Assembly: GCA_028284415.1 (NCBI GenBank) | Contig: JANQRU010000007.1 | Span: 969,243-1,033,242, forward strand | Length of the DNA stretch: 64,000 nucleotides | Source of the DNA: Pyrinomonadaceae bacterium | GTDB lineage: Bacteria > Acidobacteriota > Blastocatellia > Pyrinomonadales > Pyrinomonadaceae | Direction of reading: 5' to 3' | Shown here: positions 48,747-61,220 of the stretch, piece after piece | Layout of the letters: every line of letters begins with the position of its first letter | How positions within the stretch are numbered: the stretch's first letter is position 1 | Notes under the pieces: model-generated | What the model saw: only the letters and a program-made list of their open reading frames with translations | The model's database searches: none | Told to the model about the DNA's origin: nothing | Position numbers and translations under genes: made by a program

Positions 48747-49928
48747 CCCACTGTTATTTTGGAGAATCTCAAAAACCTCTATAATCGTTCGCCCCAAAGG
48801 TCTTCCAATATCTCTAGGTACACTTGAATTTACCTGAACAGCAATTGCGATCTTTTCTTTTGGGAAATACATCATTTCTGTAAAGTACCCGGGAAAAAAT
48901 CCACTATGCCCATAAGTTAAACCTTTTGATGTTGGGCGGATTATGACTCCAAGACCATATTTTGCATTGCGACCAAGTTGCGGAGATTCAACGCCTTCGA
49001 GCATTTCTTTGAGGGCGTATTTTGAAAAAGCTCTGCCTTCATACATAGCTTTTGCCCAACGCGATAAATCTTCCGCCGTCGAAACCATTCCACCACCCGT
49101 CCATTCAAATTGCGGATTGAAAACAAATTTACCGTTTTTCAAAACTTCATCTTCACCACCAAAAGGATTTCCCTTTCCGGCATAACCTTGAATCAAACCT
49201 TTTATATCAGGACTCATTTGAGGTTTTGTTCGTTTTAACTGAAGCGGTTTTAAGACTCGCTTTTTCGCCAATTCGTAATAACTTTTGCCCGAAACTTTTT
49301 CAATAATCATTCCCAAAACAATGTAATTCGTATCGGAATAATTCCAACCTTTCCCTGCTTCAAATGGTGCTTTTGAGCCAAAAAGATATGCGACCTGTTC
49401 TTCGGGCTTCCACTGCTTGTAAGGATTTGCAAGTAAATCTTTTACAAACTGCGGATTGAATTCATACCGAACCAAGCCGCTTGTATGATTCATCAACATT
49501 CGAACAGTTATATCTTTTGCATTCGGCAATTCTGCAAACCACTTTTCTTTTTCAAGATATTTTTCGATCTTTGCATCGAGATTAATCTTGCCTTCTGCCA
49601 CAAGTTGCAAAGCGACTGCCGCAACATAAGTTTTCCCGACACTTCCCGCCAACATATAATCATCGGGTTTCATAGGCGTTTTCTTCACGCGGTCAGAATA
49701 ACCTGTTGCAATACCAAAAGATTTGCCGTTTGCTAAAGTTACACCAACAGTAGCTCCTGAGAATTTTGCATTTTTATGCCATTCATCAAGCTTTTTTTGT
49801 ATATTCTCTTTTAGTTTTTCATAGTCCGCTTTTGATTTTTCAGCCGCAAAAGCACTACTTACTAAACTCAAAAACAAAAAACTGAAAATTAAAAGTTTTC
49901 CTGATAAAAAACCTTTTTTGGTTGTCAT
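48741..49928 (-). CDS. Serine hydrolase, beta-lactamase family
   Basis: Signal peptide and an SVGK (SxxK) motif. Class C-like length. Confidence 0.65.
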   Translation of the reverse strand: MTTKKGFLSGKLLIFSFLFLSLVSSAFAAEKSKADYEKLKENIQKKLDEWHKNAKFSGATVGVTLANGKSFGIATGYSDRVKKTPMKPDDYMLAGSVGKTYVAAVALQLVAEGKINLDAKIEKYLEKEKWFAELPNAKDITVRMLMNHTSGLVRYEFNPQFVKDLLANPYKQWKPEEQVAYLFGSKAPFEAGKGWNYSDTNYIVLGMIIEKVSGKSYYELAKKRVLKPLQLKRTKPQMSPDIKGLIQGYAGKGNPFGGEDEVLKNGKFVFNPQFEWTGGGMVSTAEDLSRWAKAMYEGRAFSKYALKEMLEGVESPQLGRNAKYGLGVIIRPTSKGLTYGHSGFFPGYFTEMMYFPKEKIAIAVQVNSSVPRDIGRPLGRTIIEVFEILQNNSGE

Positions 49929-50081
49929 ACTTTTCTCCTCTCAAGGCTTTTACGGAAGTTTTAGCAATAAAGTTTTCGTCTTTATAAATTCTCATTTTTA
50001 ATTCAAATTTGCAGACAAAAAAAAGATGCGTAAGCAATGTAATCTCACGCATCTTTTATACAAAAAGTCTTTTTCTCAAGG

Positions 50082-52382
50082 CTAAAAGGTCAGAGGTGGG
50101 TCATGAAATTTACTCAGACTCTTCAAATTCTTTTGCAGGAAGGGTTTAACAAAATCAGTTCCTGCAAAAAATTGGTTTTTCTCGTTAATTTTTTTCATCT
50201 TTTCCTTATCCTGCATCACGCGGAATTTTATTGACGTATTTTTGACCACTATCGAGTTTTCAACCTCAGCAACACTATCTTTTACAGTAATTTTTATTAT
50301 CTGATTCGGCTCTAGATTCATACTAAAACGCTTATGTTTTGGTAGTGAGATAATTAAATTTGTTTTCAAGTTTTCCCCTGAAAAAATGTATATCTCACCT
50401 TCATCTCGTTTGAAGCTGTATTTCAACTTTCCATCTCCAACTAAAACTGAGCTTTTTATTTCAGTAAGTTCAGCAGGAATTTTTGGTTCGATGGTAATTT
50501 TGTTTTCGAGCATATCTGGACGGATTCCGAAAAACTGCTGATAAAGAACTCTTATGTGTTCGGCGTTTGACCAAGCCTGCAGGAAAGTTCCCGAAAGTTT
50601 TCCGCGTTTCTTTCCATCTCTCGGCAAAGCATCAGCGTTCTCGCTCAAACTTCCAACCGCACCTTCCTTAAATGCTTGATAGTTCATATTTTCAAAGAGT
50701 TTATAAGCAATTTCTTTCTGTCCTTGCTCAATCATACGTTGCATTGCCATTCCATTATTCCAAAGCCAAACTGTTCCGTTGTGATAAGCGGAGTCTTTGT
50801 GATAGTAATTCCAATTTTCGTGATATGGGTGAAAATCCTTGTCCATTTGGCTCAAAGACGCAACGCCCCATGGATAAACCAGAGATTCCCAAACCTTCTT
50901 AGTTATTTTCATTTTTTTCTCTTCGGAATTAACCAACTCGTAAGCATAAAGCTGATTTGGACGAAGTTTGAAATCTTTTCTGTTTCTAGCAGTTATGCGG
51001 TCTGCCATATATTCGTATTTGGAATTAAAGAAATCTCTTGCAAAATTCTTTTTGACCTTTCTGGCAATCCTACGCCATTTTTTAGCATTTGCAGGTTCGC
51101 CCATAAATTCCGCCATTATTGCAGATGCTTCCAATTGCTGAACCCAAAGCGATTGAATATCATTGGCACGATTTCCTCTCGGCGAATACGGAATTCTATT
51201 TTTGATTTTCGCATCCATCCAAGTGTCGGCATCTTCGTGAGTCAAATAACCTTTGCGGTCAACCCAATTTTTGAGCGAACCGTTTACCGCTCTTTTTACG
51301 TTTGGATATAAATCTTTGATTATCGAAGTGTCGCCCGAATACTTCACATAATCCAAAATTTGAATCACAAAACGCGGCGTTCCGTCGGTTGTGTTATAAA
51401 GAATTCCATCTGGATTTGCACGATTTGGAACTCGCCCGTAATACTTTGATTTTCTGTTAGTGTTTTGAAATTTTGCGAAGGATTTTAAGACATCTTTTGC
51501 CGTATCAAACTGTCCCGTAACAAGACAAGCACCGGGCATCGTGATGAACATATCGCGTCCCCAATAATCCGTAAACCAAGGTAAACCCGCATAGATTCCG
51601 CGTCCCATTTGGTTCGTTATGAGTTGGTCAGTCGTCAAAATCAGCCAAGGAATCACCTTGTTCATCTTTTCATCATTCGTCTCAAGCGGATTATTTTTGT
51701 TTATCAAATCGCTCATCCGATTCATTCTTTCCTGATACCAACGCCCATTATTCGCACGAAAATCCGCTAGCATTTTCACGGCATCATCTTTTTTTGAAGC
51801 ATATAAAAAAACAAAACCGCCAGCGTCTTTACTTGCCGAAATGACCTCATTTTGAACCTTAAACTGCATATCCTTCCAAGGTGCGACCAAAATGAAATCT
51901 TTATCGGCTTCTTTCGGAATGACAAAAAAGCCTTTTTCACTAACTGATTCAAATTTATGCAAATCGCCCGCAAGTTTCAGAGAAATATTTTCACCCATTA
52001 CATTTTCGAGTTTGATTCCGACAATGTTTCTATTATCAAACATCAAAAGAGTTTCCTTTGAATTCGAATAAATTCGTTTCATTCGATTCGGATAAACCGT
52101 AACTTCCGACTTCATACGGTCGAGTTTTTTACCGTCAATCAGCAGTTCATAATCCTTCAAAACCTTACGCGTATTTACATTCCACCCCGCAAACCATTCC
52201 TCATTAAAATTAGAATGCGTCCGTGCGTAATAATAGGCATTCTTTTTATCCGTGTAAGAAAATTCCCGATTCTCGTCCGCCGAAACCTTCATTCCGAGGC
52301 TATCTAATTTAATTGGATATTGGGCAAAAATTGAGGTTGAAGAAAAAAGAAATAGAAAAGCAAAAACAACTAAAAACTTCAT
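50082..52382 (-). CDS. Glycogen-debranching-enzyme-like glycoside hydrolase (GDE_C / amylo-alpha-1,6-glucosidase family)
   Basis: Signal peptide. The GLPWFTDYWGRDMFI motif is characteristic of GDE_C (six-hairpin glycosidase). Confidence 0.6.
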   Translation of the reverse strand: MKFLVVFAFLFLFSSTSIFAQYPIKLDSLGMKVSADENREFSYTDKKNAYYYARTHSNFNEEWFAGWNVNTRKVLKDYELLIDGKKLDRMKSEVTVYPNRMKRIYSNSKETLLMFDNRNIVGIKLENVMGENISLKLAGDLHKFESVSEKGFFVIPKEADKDFILVAPWKDMQFKVQNEVISASKDAGGFVFLYASKKDDAVKMLADFRANNGRWYQERMNRMSDLINKNNPLETNDEKMNKVIPWLILTTDQLITNQMGRGIYAGLPWFTDYWGRDMFITMPGACLVTGQFDTAKDVLKSFAKFQNTNRKSKYYGRVPNRANPDGILYNTTDGTPRFVIQILDYVKYSGDTSIIKDLYPNVKRAVNGSLKNWVDRKGYLTHEDADTWMDAKIKNRIPYSPRGNRANDIQSLWVQQLEASAIMAEFMGEPANAKKWRRIARKVKKNFARDFFNSKYEYMADRITARNRKDFKLRPNQLYAYELVNSEEKKMKITKKVWESLVYPWGVASLSQMDKDFHPYHENWNYYHKDSAYHNGTVWLWNNGMAMQRMIEQGQKEIAYKLFENMNYQAFKEGAVGSLSENADALPRDGKKRGKLSGTFLQAWSNAEHIRVLYQQFFGIRPDMLENKITIEPKIPAELTEIKSSVLVGDGKLKYSFKRDEGEIYIFSGENLKTNLIISLPKHKRFSMNLEPNQIIKITVKDSVAEVENSIVVKNTSIKFRVMQDKEKMKKINEKNQFFAGTDFVKPFLQKNLKSLSKFHDPPLTF

Positions 52383-52471
52383 AATTTATAAATCAAAAAT
52401 ATACCTGCGAAACACACGAAACATATTTCTTTTATTCGTGAAAATTCGCGTTCATCTGCAGGCAGAAAATC

Positions 52472-53785
52472 TTATTTTGAGTAATCAAAAACGATATTAG
52501 CAAACGCCTTTATTCCAACGTCCAAACGACTATCATCCAAATAAAAGTCAGGCGTGTGATGTCCTGCCGCTTCCAAAGGATTTTTGCCTTTTGGCATTCC
52601 ACCAACGAAGAAATAAAATGCTGGTGCTTTTGTACCGAAATATGAAAAATCTTCCGCACCAGTCGTCCATTCGGATTCAATTAAACGGTCTTTTCCAACA
52701 ACTTTTTCGAGCGATGGAAGCATTTTCTCAACTAATTCTGGCGTGTTAAATGTAACAAGCGTTTTCGTATCAATTTCAACTGTTGCAGTTGCTCCCTGAC
52801 TTTCAGCAATTGTTTTAACAGTTTTCTTAATTCTCTCGTGAACATCCTTTTGCATACGCGAATCAAGCGTGCGAATCGTTCCAGCCATTTCGAGAGTTTC
52901 GGGAATTATATTTTCACGAACTCCAGCGTTTATTTTGCCGACTGTAATAACGACAGGTGCAGTCGTTAAACGAGATTGACGGGAAACAATCGTTTGCAAA
53001 CCTTGAATAATTTGTGATGCGGTAACAATCGGGTCAACTCCCGCCCAAGGTGCTGAACCGTGTGCTTGTTTACCTTTTATCTTGATTTTGAACCAATCTG
53101 AAGAAGCCATCGTCGCACCTTTTTTGTAACGTATTGTGCCGATCTCAGTCTGGGAATTGATATGAAGTCCAAAAATTGCATCAATTTTCGGATTGTCCAT
53201 CACGCCTTCTTTAACCATTAATTCCGCTCCCCCCTCTTCGCCTTCAGGTGGACCTTCTTCGGCAGGCTGATAGATAAACACGACCGTTCCTTTAATTTTA
53301 TCCTTCATTTTCGCAAGAACTTCCGCCGTTCCCATCAGAATCGCAACGTGCGTATCATGTCCGCAAGCGTGCATTACAGGAACTTGCTTGCCCTGATAAT
53401 CTGTAACGACTTTAGACGCAAATGGAATATTAACTCTTTCCTTTACAGGCAGAGCATCCATATCTGCACGTAGCCCAATCGTTGGTCCCGGCTGTTTACC
53501 TTTCAAAATCCCGACAACGCCCGTTTTTGCAATTCCCGTTTTAACTTCAAATCCAAGACCACGCATATGGTCAGCAACCATTTTCGCTGTTTTAAATTCA
53601 CGATTTGAAAGCTCAGGATTCTGATGAATATGCCGACGCCACTTAATAACCTGCGGCATAATTTTCTCAGTTGCGGCATTGATCTCTTTGCTCATATCTT
53701 TTGCACTTGCAAAAGTTACGAGTGAGAAAAGAACAAATAGAACACAGAAAATGCTGATAGTTTTCTTCAACATAAATTTCTCCAA
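52472..53785 (-). CDS. M20D family amidohydrolase (N-acyl-amino acid / hippurate hydrolase-like)
   Basis: HACGHDTHVAILMG metal-binding motif. Signal peptide. Confidence 0.8.
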   Translation of the reverse strand: MEKFMLKKTISIFCVLFVLFSLVTFASAKDMSKEINAATEKIMPQVIKWRRHIHQNPELSNREFKTAKMVADHMRGLGFEVKTGIAKTGVVGILKGKQPGPTIGLRADMDALPVKERVNIPFASKVVTDYQGKQVPVMHACGHDTHVAILMGTAEVLAKMKDKIKGTVVFIYQPAEEGPPEGEEGGAELMVKEGVMDNPKIDAIFGLHINSQTEIGTIRYKKGATMASSDWFKIKIKGKQAHGSAPWAGVDPIVTASQIIQGLQTIVSRQSRLTTAPVVITVGKINAGVRENIIPETLEMAGTIRTLDSRMQKDVHERIKKTVKTIAESQGATATVEIDTKTLVTFNTPELVEKMLPSLEKVVGKDRLIESEWTTGAEDFSYFGTKAPAFYFFVGGMPKGKNPLEAAGHHTPDFYLDDSRLDVGIKAFANIVFDYSK

Positions 53786-53875
53786 ATTATCTGATTTTAA
53801 TGGATTTGATTAGATTATTATCGCAGATTGTTCTGATTTGAACAAAAAAGATGCGTAGTGGAAGTTTTTTGTAAT

Positions 53876-54904
53876 TTATTCAGCTTCTTTTTGATGCCAT
53901 TTTTGCAGTAAATCTTTTTCTCTTTGTTCAGAAATTCCGGCTTTCATTTCGGTATCAATGTCTTTTCGCCAATTTAAGGTGTCAAAAACGGTTTCGCTTA
54001 ATGGACGAAATTTTAATCCTTTTTCTAAAGCCTTATCAATATTTGCCGCTCGCATATTTGCAAGCGACTTGGGAAGATGAAGAGGCATATCTGACCAAGG
54101 AGCAACTTCATTTTCCTGCATAAATTCTTCGCTTACCCAAGTAAATTTTGCATCGCTTTGGCTAACATTTTTTATCTCTTCGAGCATTTTGCCAAAAGTT
54201 ATTTCAAAAGGTTTATTAACTGCATTGAATATGCCCGTTTCATCATTTTCTAACAAATGAATTAACCAACGCATTAAATCCTTTGCGTCAATAAATTGAA
54301 CAAAAGCATCGGGATTGCCTGGAGTTAAAACTTCACCGCCTTTTGCCACACGCATAACCCAATAAGTGAAACGATCTGTAAAATCTTGTTCACCAACGAT
54401 CAAACCGGGACGGATTATTAGGTTATTCTCGGGGAAAGTTTTTAAGACGATTTCTTCGCAAAGAACTTTTAATGCCCCATACATATCGCCTAAATCAACG
54501 GCATTAAAATCCTTTGTTGTATCAACCTCTGCAAATCTTTTTTCTTGTTCGGGGTTGAGTTGTGCAAGTTTTGTGTTTTCGTCAAAATCAGCTTCGCTTA
54601 AATCGCTGTAGGCAGAAATTGAGGAAATAAAAACGTATTTTTTAACTGAATCTTTTAATGCTTTTGCGGAACTCTCTACCCATTGCGGTAAATACCCGCA
54701 CATATCAACACAAACATCCCAATTTCGATTTGCGAGTTTTTCCAGATCAAAATTTCTATCACCAATGATTTCTTCGACATCGCCTAAATCGTCAGTCGAA
54801 TGATTTCCACGATGAAAAATCGTCACCTCATGATTATTCGCCAAAGCTGATTTTACAAGATGACGACCGGAAAATTTTGTTCCGCCGATAATTAAGATTT
54901 TCAT
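53876..54904 (-). CDS. NAD-dependent epimerase/dehydratase family (SDR) protein
   Basis: N-terminal MKILIIGGTKFSGRHL Rossmann motif. Confidence 0.75.
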   Translation of the reverse strand: MKILIIGGTKFSGRHLVKSALANNHEVTIFHRGNHSTDDLGDVEEIIGDRNFDLEKLANRNWDVCVDMCGYLPQWVESSAKALKDSVKKYVFISSISAYSDLSEADFDENTKLAQLNPEQEKRFAEVDTTKDFNAVDLGDMYGALKVLCEEIVLKTFPENNLIIRPGLIVGEQDFTDRFTYWVMRVAKGGEVLTPGNPDAFVQFIDAKDLMRWLIHLLENDETGIFNAVNKPFEITFGKMLEEIKNVSQSDAKFTWVSEEFMQENEVAPWSDMPLHLPKSLANMRAANIDKALEKGLKFRPLSETVFDTLNWRKDIDTEMKAGISEQREKDLLQKWHQKEAE

Positions 54905-54993
54905 GTAAATAGTTTAGCCACGAATGAACACAAAAGAGTCACGAAAAAAAATTATTAATTTTTGTGAAACTTCGTGTTTGTTCGTGGCTGATT

Positions 54994-56319
<1,326 letters not shown>

Positions 56320-56414
56320 TTATGACAGTAAATTTAACGTGAATATCAGAAAGGGACAAGTGAAATACTAAAATTCACTCGTCCCTTCACCTTAAATAAA
56401 TGTTAACTGTTTTT

Positions 56415-56978
56415 TTAGTTAAGCGTCACATCTACAACATTAGAATTTATTTCTTTGTAAATGGGTGTTTTTTTAACAACAACTCTAATCAATTTCCCGT
56501 TGCTATCATACAAAGGTCCTTTATTCTTTTTTTTGTAGCCGTCCAATGTTTTTGTTCCCGCGTAGAAATAAATATTATCTTTTGGAATCACACTAAAATT
56601 CTTTTTATTTTCTGCTGAAAAATGGCTGATACTTCCTTCCATCCAAAACAAATCTGCCAAGTTCACGGTAAATTCAAAACTCTTATCTTCTCTGATCTTT
56701 TTGAAAGGAATTTGTGCAGATGCAGTATAAATATCACCGCTTTTTTTACAAACGGTTTCAATCGGACATTTTGAAAAGTGAAAATAAAGCCTCTGCAAAC
56801 GCGAGGTTAACAAAGTTTCTTCTGCTTTGTTTTTGATGATTACTCTTGCGTTTATCTCACTGGAAGATTTTTCAATTGCGGTGTCTTCGAGATAAGTTTC
56901 AATTTCGTAATTCATCTCCTGTGGAAAAACTGAAACTGAAAAAACAAAGATAAATAAAACTAACAATTTGAATTTCAT
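56415..56978 (-). CDS. Hypothetical secreted protein
   Basis: Signal peptide. Overlaps the upstream gene by 4 bp, so it lies in an operon with the CNNM gene. Confidence 0.45.
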   Translation of the reverse strand: MKFKLLVLFIFVFSVSVFPQEMNYEIETYLEDTAIEKSSSEINARVIIKNKAEETLLTSRLQRLYFHFSKCPIETVCKKSGDIYTASAQIPFKKIREDKSFEFTVNLADLFWMEGSISHFSAENKKNFSVIPKDNIYFYAGTKTLDGYKKKNKGPLYDSNGKLIRVVVKKTPIYKEINSNVVDVTLN

Positions 56979-58369
56979 TTTTTACTTTTCTCCATACGAA
57001 CCTTCAAAATGCGACGCTTATCAACCTCTTCGATTTTGAAAATGTGTCCATTAAATTTTACGCTTTCGCCTTTTTCTAAAACTTGTCCTGCCTCACTCAT
57101 TAAAAATCCGGCGATCGTAGTATATCCATCGGAAACGGGCACGTTTAAACCAAGTTGGCGGTTCAAATCCCGCACAGCAAGTCCGCCATCTAAAACAAAA
57201 CTGCCATCATCTTGTCTGTGAATTTGTTCAGCAACTTCCTCATCAAATTCATCGTCAATCTCACCAACAATTTCCTCAAGCAAATCTTCCAAGGTTATAA
57301 TCCCTTCGATTCCGCCATGTTCATCTACTACAAATCCGAAGTGGAATTTCTCTGCTTGCATCTGCCGTAAAACATCTTCGAGCCGTGCAGTATCAACAAC
57401 ATAAACAGGCTTTCGCAGGACTTTTTCAATGCGGAATTTATCAGGAGTTAAGAGGTTTATCATTATGTCCTTGCTGTGAACCGTTCCGGCAATGTCATCC
57501 ATTGATTCGCGGTAAACAGGAAGACGCGAATATCCGCATTCGCGGAAAGTTGCGGCAATTTCTTCAATTGGCATCGTAACGGGAATTGCAATAATTTCCG
57601 TCCGTGGAATCATCGCTTCACGAACAGTTGTTTCCGAAAATTCAAAAACCTGGTGAATGAGTTTTCGCTCTTCTTCATTAAGATGACCACTTTTTTCGGA
57701 AATATTAATGAGTTGGCGTATTTCTTCTTCCGTGTAAATCGAACCGTGTTCGCCCGAAGGTTTCAAACCAAAAAGCCTTACGGTCTTAATTCCCGTCCAA
57801 TCTAGGGCACGAATCGGATAATAAAAAACCCTGTAAAAAATCTTGAGCGGAAGAGCGATAATTAACGCAACTCTTTCGGATAATTCGAGAGCCACCGTTT
57901 TCGGAGCAAGTTCACCAAAAACTATGTGCAGAAAAGTTATGGTTGAAAAAGCAATAGCAAATGAAATAGTTGCGACAATCGTCGGGCTTGCGAGAAAAGT
58001 TATTCCAGTTGCCGCTCCCAATTTCATCAATGCCGGACCAATAAAATCAGCAATAGCAGGCTCAGCAATATAACCTAAGCCAAGTGAAAAAAGCGTTATA
58101 CCCAGCTGGGTGGCAGAAATGTATGCATTGAGATTGTTGAGCAATTCTAACAATCTGTTAGCCGCCTTGCTTCCTTCTCTAGCAAGTGATTCAATGCGAG
58201 ATTTTCTAACCGCAACAAGGGCGAATTCCGATGCCACAAAAAATCCGTTCCCCAAAACCAAAAGGAATACGATGAGCAAACTAAATAAGAATGAAACTAT
58301 GCTTAAAGGTTCATCGCCGGTAGGAATCTCGGCAAGAAAGAGTAAGAATAAACTAAAGGGATCGTCCAT
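56975..58369 (-). CDS. Hemolysin-family / CNNM (DUF21-CBS-CorC_HlyC) membrane protein
   Basis: N-terminal DUF21 TM domain, a CBS pair and a C-terminal transporter-associated domain. Confidence 0.75.
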   Translation of the reverse strand: MDDPFSLFLLFLAEIPTGDEPLSIVSFLFSLLIVFLLVLGNGFFVASEFALVAVRKSRIESLAREGSKAANRLLELLNNLNAYISATQLGITLFSLGLGYIAEPAIADFIGPALMKLGAATGITFLASPTIVATISFAIAFSTITFLHIVFGELAPKTVALELSERVALIIALPLKIFYRVFYYPIRALDWTGIKTVRLFGLKPSGEHGSIYTEEEIRQLINISEKSGHLNEEERKLIHQVFEFSETTVREAMIPRTEIIAIPVTMPIEEIAATFRECGYSRLPVYRESMDDIAGTVHSKDIMINLLTPDKFRIEKVLRKPVYVVDTARLEDVLRQMQAEKFHFGFVVDEHGGIEGIITLEDLLEEIVGEIDDEFDEEVAEQIHRQDDGSFVLDGGLAVRDLNRQLGLNVPVSDGYTTIAGFLMSEAGQVLEKGESVKFNGHIFKIEEVDKRRILKVRMEKSKK

Positions 58370-58547
58370 TTTTTAATAACTAGATTTTCGATTTGCAATT
58401 TTGGATAAGCAAATCTTTTTAATTAATCTCCTTAAAATACATTAGTAAAGTCAGACTCTAAGATTATACACTAACGAAATTTAGTGTAAAAGCCTTTTTG
58501 TTCCATTAAAGGCTCTAAATATTTAAAATAGAGAACTATATTTTTAA

Positions 58548-59123
58548 TTAATCAAAACCTTGCGAATCTAGAATATCCTGAATTAAAGGCTGGCACGAAC
58601 CGCACCCTGTTCCAGCATTGCAGATTTCGCCAACTTCTTCGACGGTTTCGAGATTGCTTTGCTCAATTTCAGCTTCAATTTTTTCTTCTGAAACCCCGAA
58701 ACAAGTGCAGATAAGAGCCTTTTCACCCATCCATTCTTCGATTTGAGAAGTTCTGTATTTGGCGAGTGCATTTTGCAGAGCATCAAAACAAGTATCTAAA
58801 CAATGTCGGCGATTATCAGGGAAATCGTTAAATTCTTTGATAACTTCGACTTCCAGATCGTCTAAACCGTGCAGTTCTGTGAGTTTTTGTCCGATGATAT
58901 TTTCGCATAGGAAATCAGCGGTTGCGACGACATATCCGCATCCATTTGTTTTAAATTTAGCATCCTTTATCTCTTTAGTTTTGTCGTCTATCAATAGAAA
59001 AAAGCTAACTGAAATACCGCAAACGAAACTCGCCCACTTTGCCTGAGCATTAGTTTCCTCAAGTATTCCAATATGCTTTGGTGAGTTAAATCTTTCATTT
59101 ACTTTTTTTGGATAAAACCCCAT
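58548..59123 (-). CDS. NifU-like Fe-S scaffold protein (NifU_N plus BFD-like [2Fe-2S] domain)
   Basis: YPKKVNERFNSPKHIG matches the NifU_N start. Cys ligands in GCGYV. C-terminal BFD-like CTCFGVSE...CNAGTGCGSC. Confidence 0.75.
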   Translation of the reverse strand: MGFYPKKVNERFNSPKHIGILEETNAQAKWASFVCGISVSFFLLIDDKTKEIKDAKFKTNGCGYVVATADFLCENIIGQKLTELHGLDDLEVEVIKEFNDFPDNRRHCLDTCFDALQNALAKYRTSQIEEWMGEKALICTCFGVSEEKIEAEIEQSNLETVEEVGEICNAGTGCGSCQPLIQDILDSQGFD

Positions 59124-59128
59124 TTCCT

Positions 59129-59162
59129 TAAATGGTAAATGCTAAATGGCAAATGGCAAATG
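59129..59162. repeat. Heptamer tandem array (YAAATGS)x5 immediately upstream of the NifU-like start codon
   Basis: taaatggtaaatgctaaatggcaaatggcaaatg, read directly from the sequence. Confidence 0.8.
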
Positions 59163-59218
59163 TTTAGTTTAAAATTTACTTTTTACAAACAAATTTTGAC
59201 TATCTAAAATTTATAAAT

Positions 59219-59791
59219 ATGCGAGTTATTTACCTTTGTATTCTGATTTTTTCTTTTCTGGTTGCAAGTGCCTGTAATCCTGCCAGACCAGTTTCGGTTT
59301 CAAATACCCCAATTGATCGAAACCGTATGCCGAGAACTAATTTGCCGATGCCACCAAGCAAACCTGTTGAGCAATTAGGCTGGAAAATTTTTGATAGTGA
59401 AAAAGAAGAAAAATTCGGTGACTTGAAAGGAAAGGTCGTGATTTTAGACTTTTGGGCAACATATTGTCCACCATGTATCAAAGCAATTCCGCATCTCAAA
59501 GAACTGCAAGCAAAATATGAAGATAAAGGTTTACAGGTCATCGGCTTGCACGTTGGCGGCAAAGAAGATGCTCCAAGAGTTCCCGATTTTATTGAGCGTC
59601 TGAAGATTGATTATCCGATTGCTACGCCCGAAGATGAATTAACATATTCTCTGCTCGGAACAGACAATCGCATCCCGCAAACCTTAATTTTTGACCGAAA
59701 TGGAAAACTCGTAAAACAATTTGTTTCTTATGATGATGAGATAAAAAAACAGATAGACGAAACAGTAGAAAAAACAGTTAACAATGAATAG
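59219..59791 (+). CDS. TlpA-family thiol-disulfide oxidoreductase (thioredoxin-like)
   Basis: Signal peptide and a WATYCPPC active site. Confidence 0.8.
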   Translation: MRVIYLCILIFSFLVASACNPARPVSVSNTPIDRNRMPRTNLPMPPSKPVEQLGWKIFDSEKEEKFGDLKGKVVILDFWATYCPPCIKAIPHLKELQAKYEDKGLQVIGLHVGGKEDAPRVPDFIERLKIDYPIATPEDELTYSLLGTDNRIPQTLIFDRNGKLVKQFVSYDDEIKKQIDETVEKTVNNE

Positions 59792-59852
59792 TGGATAATA
59801 ATAACTTGTCCAGACTTTATGAATTAAATTATCCATTTTCCACTAATCGAAT

Positions 59853-60764
59853 ATGTCTCAGCGTAGATTTTTTGCACTCGGAACTGCCAGCCAAGTTCCA
59901 ACCCGAAGCCGTAATCACAACGGCTATTTTTTGCGTTGGGATGCGGAGGGGTTTTTGTTTGATCCGGGCGAAGGAACGCAACGTCAGATGATTCATTCGG
60001 GAATTGCGGCTTCTGACATCACAAAAATTTTCATTACACATTTTCACGGCGATCATTGCCTCGGATTAGCAGGCGTTTTACAGAGACTTTCGCTTGATAA
60101 TGTTCCGCACAAAATTCAGATTTTTTATCCGAAAAGCGGGCAGGAATATTTCGATAATCTGAAAAATGCTTCGATCTATCATCAAAAAGCTATTATCGAA
60201 GAGATTCCGATTGAAGAAGACAGTGTAATTTTTGAGGATAAAAATTTAACGATTGAAACAAAACAGCTTGAACATTCCGCCGAATCTTGGGGCTATCGCG
60301 TCAATGAAAAAGATTCCGTAACGATGCTTCCCGACAAATTGAAAGAAGCAGGTATAAAAGGAAAAAATATCGGCAAATTACAAAAGGAAGCCAAGCTAAC
60401 CATTGATGATAAAACCTTTGAATTAAAAGATTTTAGTGTTGAAAAGAAAGGACAAAGCTTTGCATTCGTAATGGACACAAGGCTTTGTGATAATGCTTAT
60501 AAATTGGCAAAAGATGCGGATATGTTGGTCTGCGAATCAACCTATCTCAAATCTGAAACAAATGAAGCCCACGCTCACGGACATCTAACGGCAACCCAAG
60601 CCGCAGAAATCGCCCAAAAATCTAACTCAAATATGTTAGTATTAACCCACTTTTCCCAAAGATATCCGAGAATAAAAGATTTCTTAGTCGAAGCAAAAGA
60701 AATTTACAAAGATGTTGTTGCGGTTAAAGATGGTGATTTTGTAGATTTGCCGAAAGGAAAATAG
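59853..60764 (+). CDS. rnz: Ribonuclease Z
   Basis: LGTASQVPTRSRNHNGY...HFHGDHCLGLAGVLQ MBL-fold RNase Z pattern. Confidence 0.85.
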   Translation: MSQRRFFALGTASQVPTRSRNHNGYFLRWDAEGFLFDPGEGTQRQMIHSGIAASDITKIFITHFHGDHCLGLAGVLQRLSLDNVPHKIQIFYPKSGQEYFDNLKNASIYHQKAIIEEIPIEEDSVIFEDKNLTIETKQLEHSAESWGYRVNEKDSVTMLPDKLKEAGIKGKNIGKLQKEAKLTIDDKTFELKDFSVEKKGQSFAFVMDTRLCDNAYKLAKDADMLVCESTYLKSETNEAHAHGHLTATQAAEIAQKSNSNMLVLTHFSQRYPRIKDFLVEAKEIYKDVVAVKDGDFVDLPKGK

Positions 60765-60797
60765 AGAGCTTTGATTAACACATTCAGATAAAAATTA

Positions 60798-61220
60798 ATG
60801 GCTATCAGTAAGAAAGGAAAACGTAAAATCACAGTCGGTAAACATATTTATTACTGGGTTTATAAATATCTTGATGATGGATTACGCTTAACGGTAATGA
60901 CTGATGAAAAAACTCATTCCAATCTGATTTGTGATTTTACTTATAAGGAACTTAATATTTATTTTCGAAAACTGGTTGAAGACGATGATAAATATAAAGA
61001 TTTACTTCTTTGGATTACCCCTGGAGTTTTGACTCCGTATGTTGTTCATCAAGTGATTGATTATAGTTTAGAAAATGGTTGGAAACCTTTTAGAAAAGAT
61101 AAAGACTTTGTAATAAAAGGAATCGAGCATCAACTTGATATAAACTTTTGGACAGAATCAAATAAAGAAGATAGAAAAAAGTGGAAATCCAAAATCCACA
61201 ATCAAAAATCTAAAATATGA
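60798..61220 (+). CDS. Hypothetical protein, overlaps the GH15 gene start by 4 bp
   Basis: ORF only. Confidence 0.4.
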   Translation: MAISKKGKRKITVGKHIYYWVYKYLDDGLRLTVMTDEKTHSNLICDFTYKELNIYFRKLVEDDDKYKDLLLWITPGVLTPYVVHQVIDYSLENGWKPFRKDKDFVIKGIEHQLDINFWTESNKEDRKKWKSKIHNQKSKI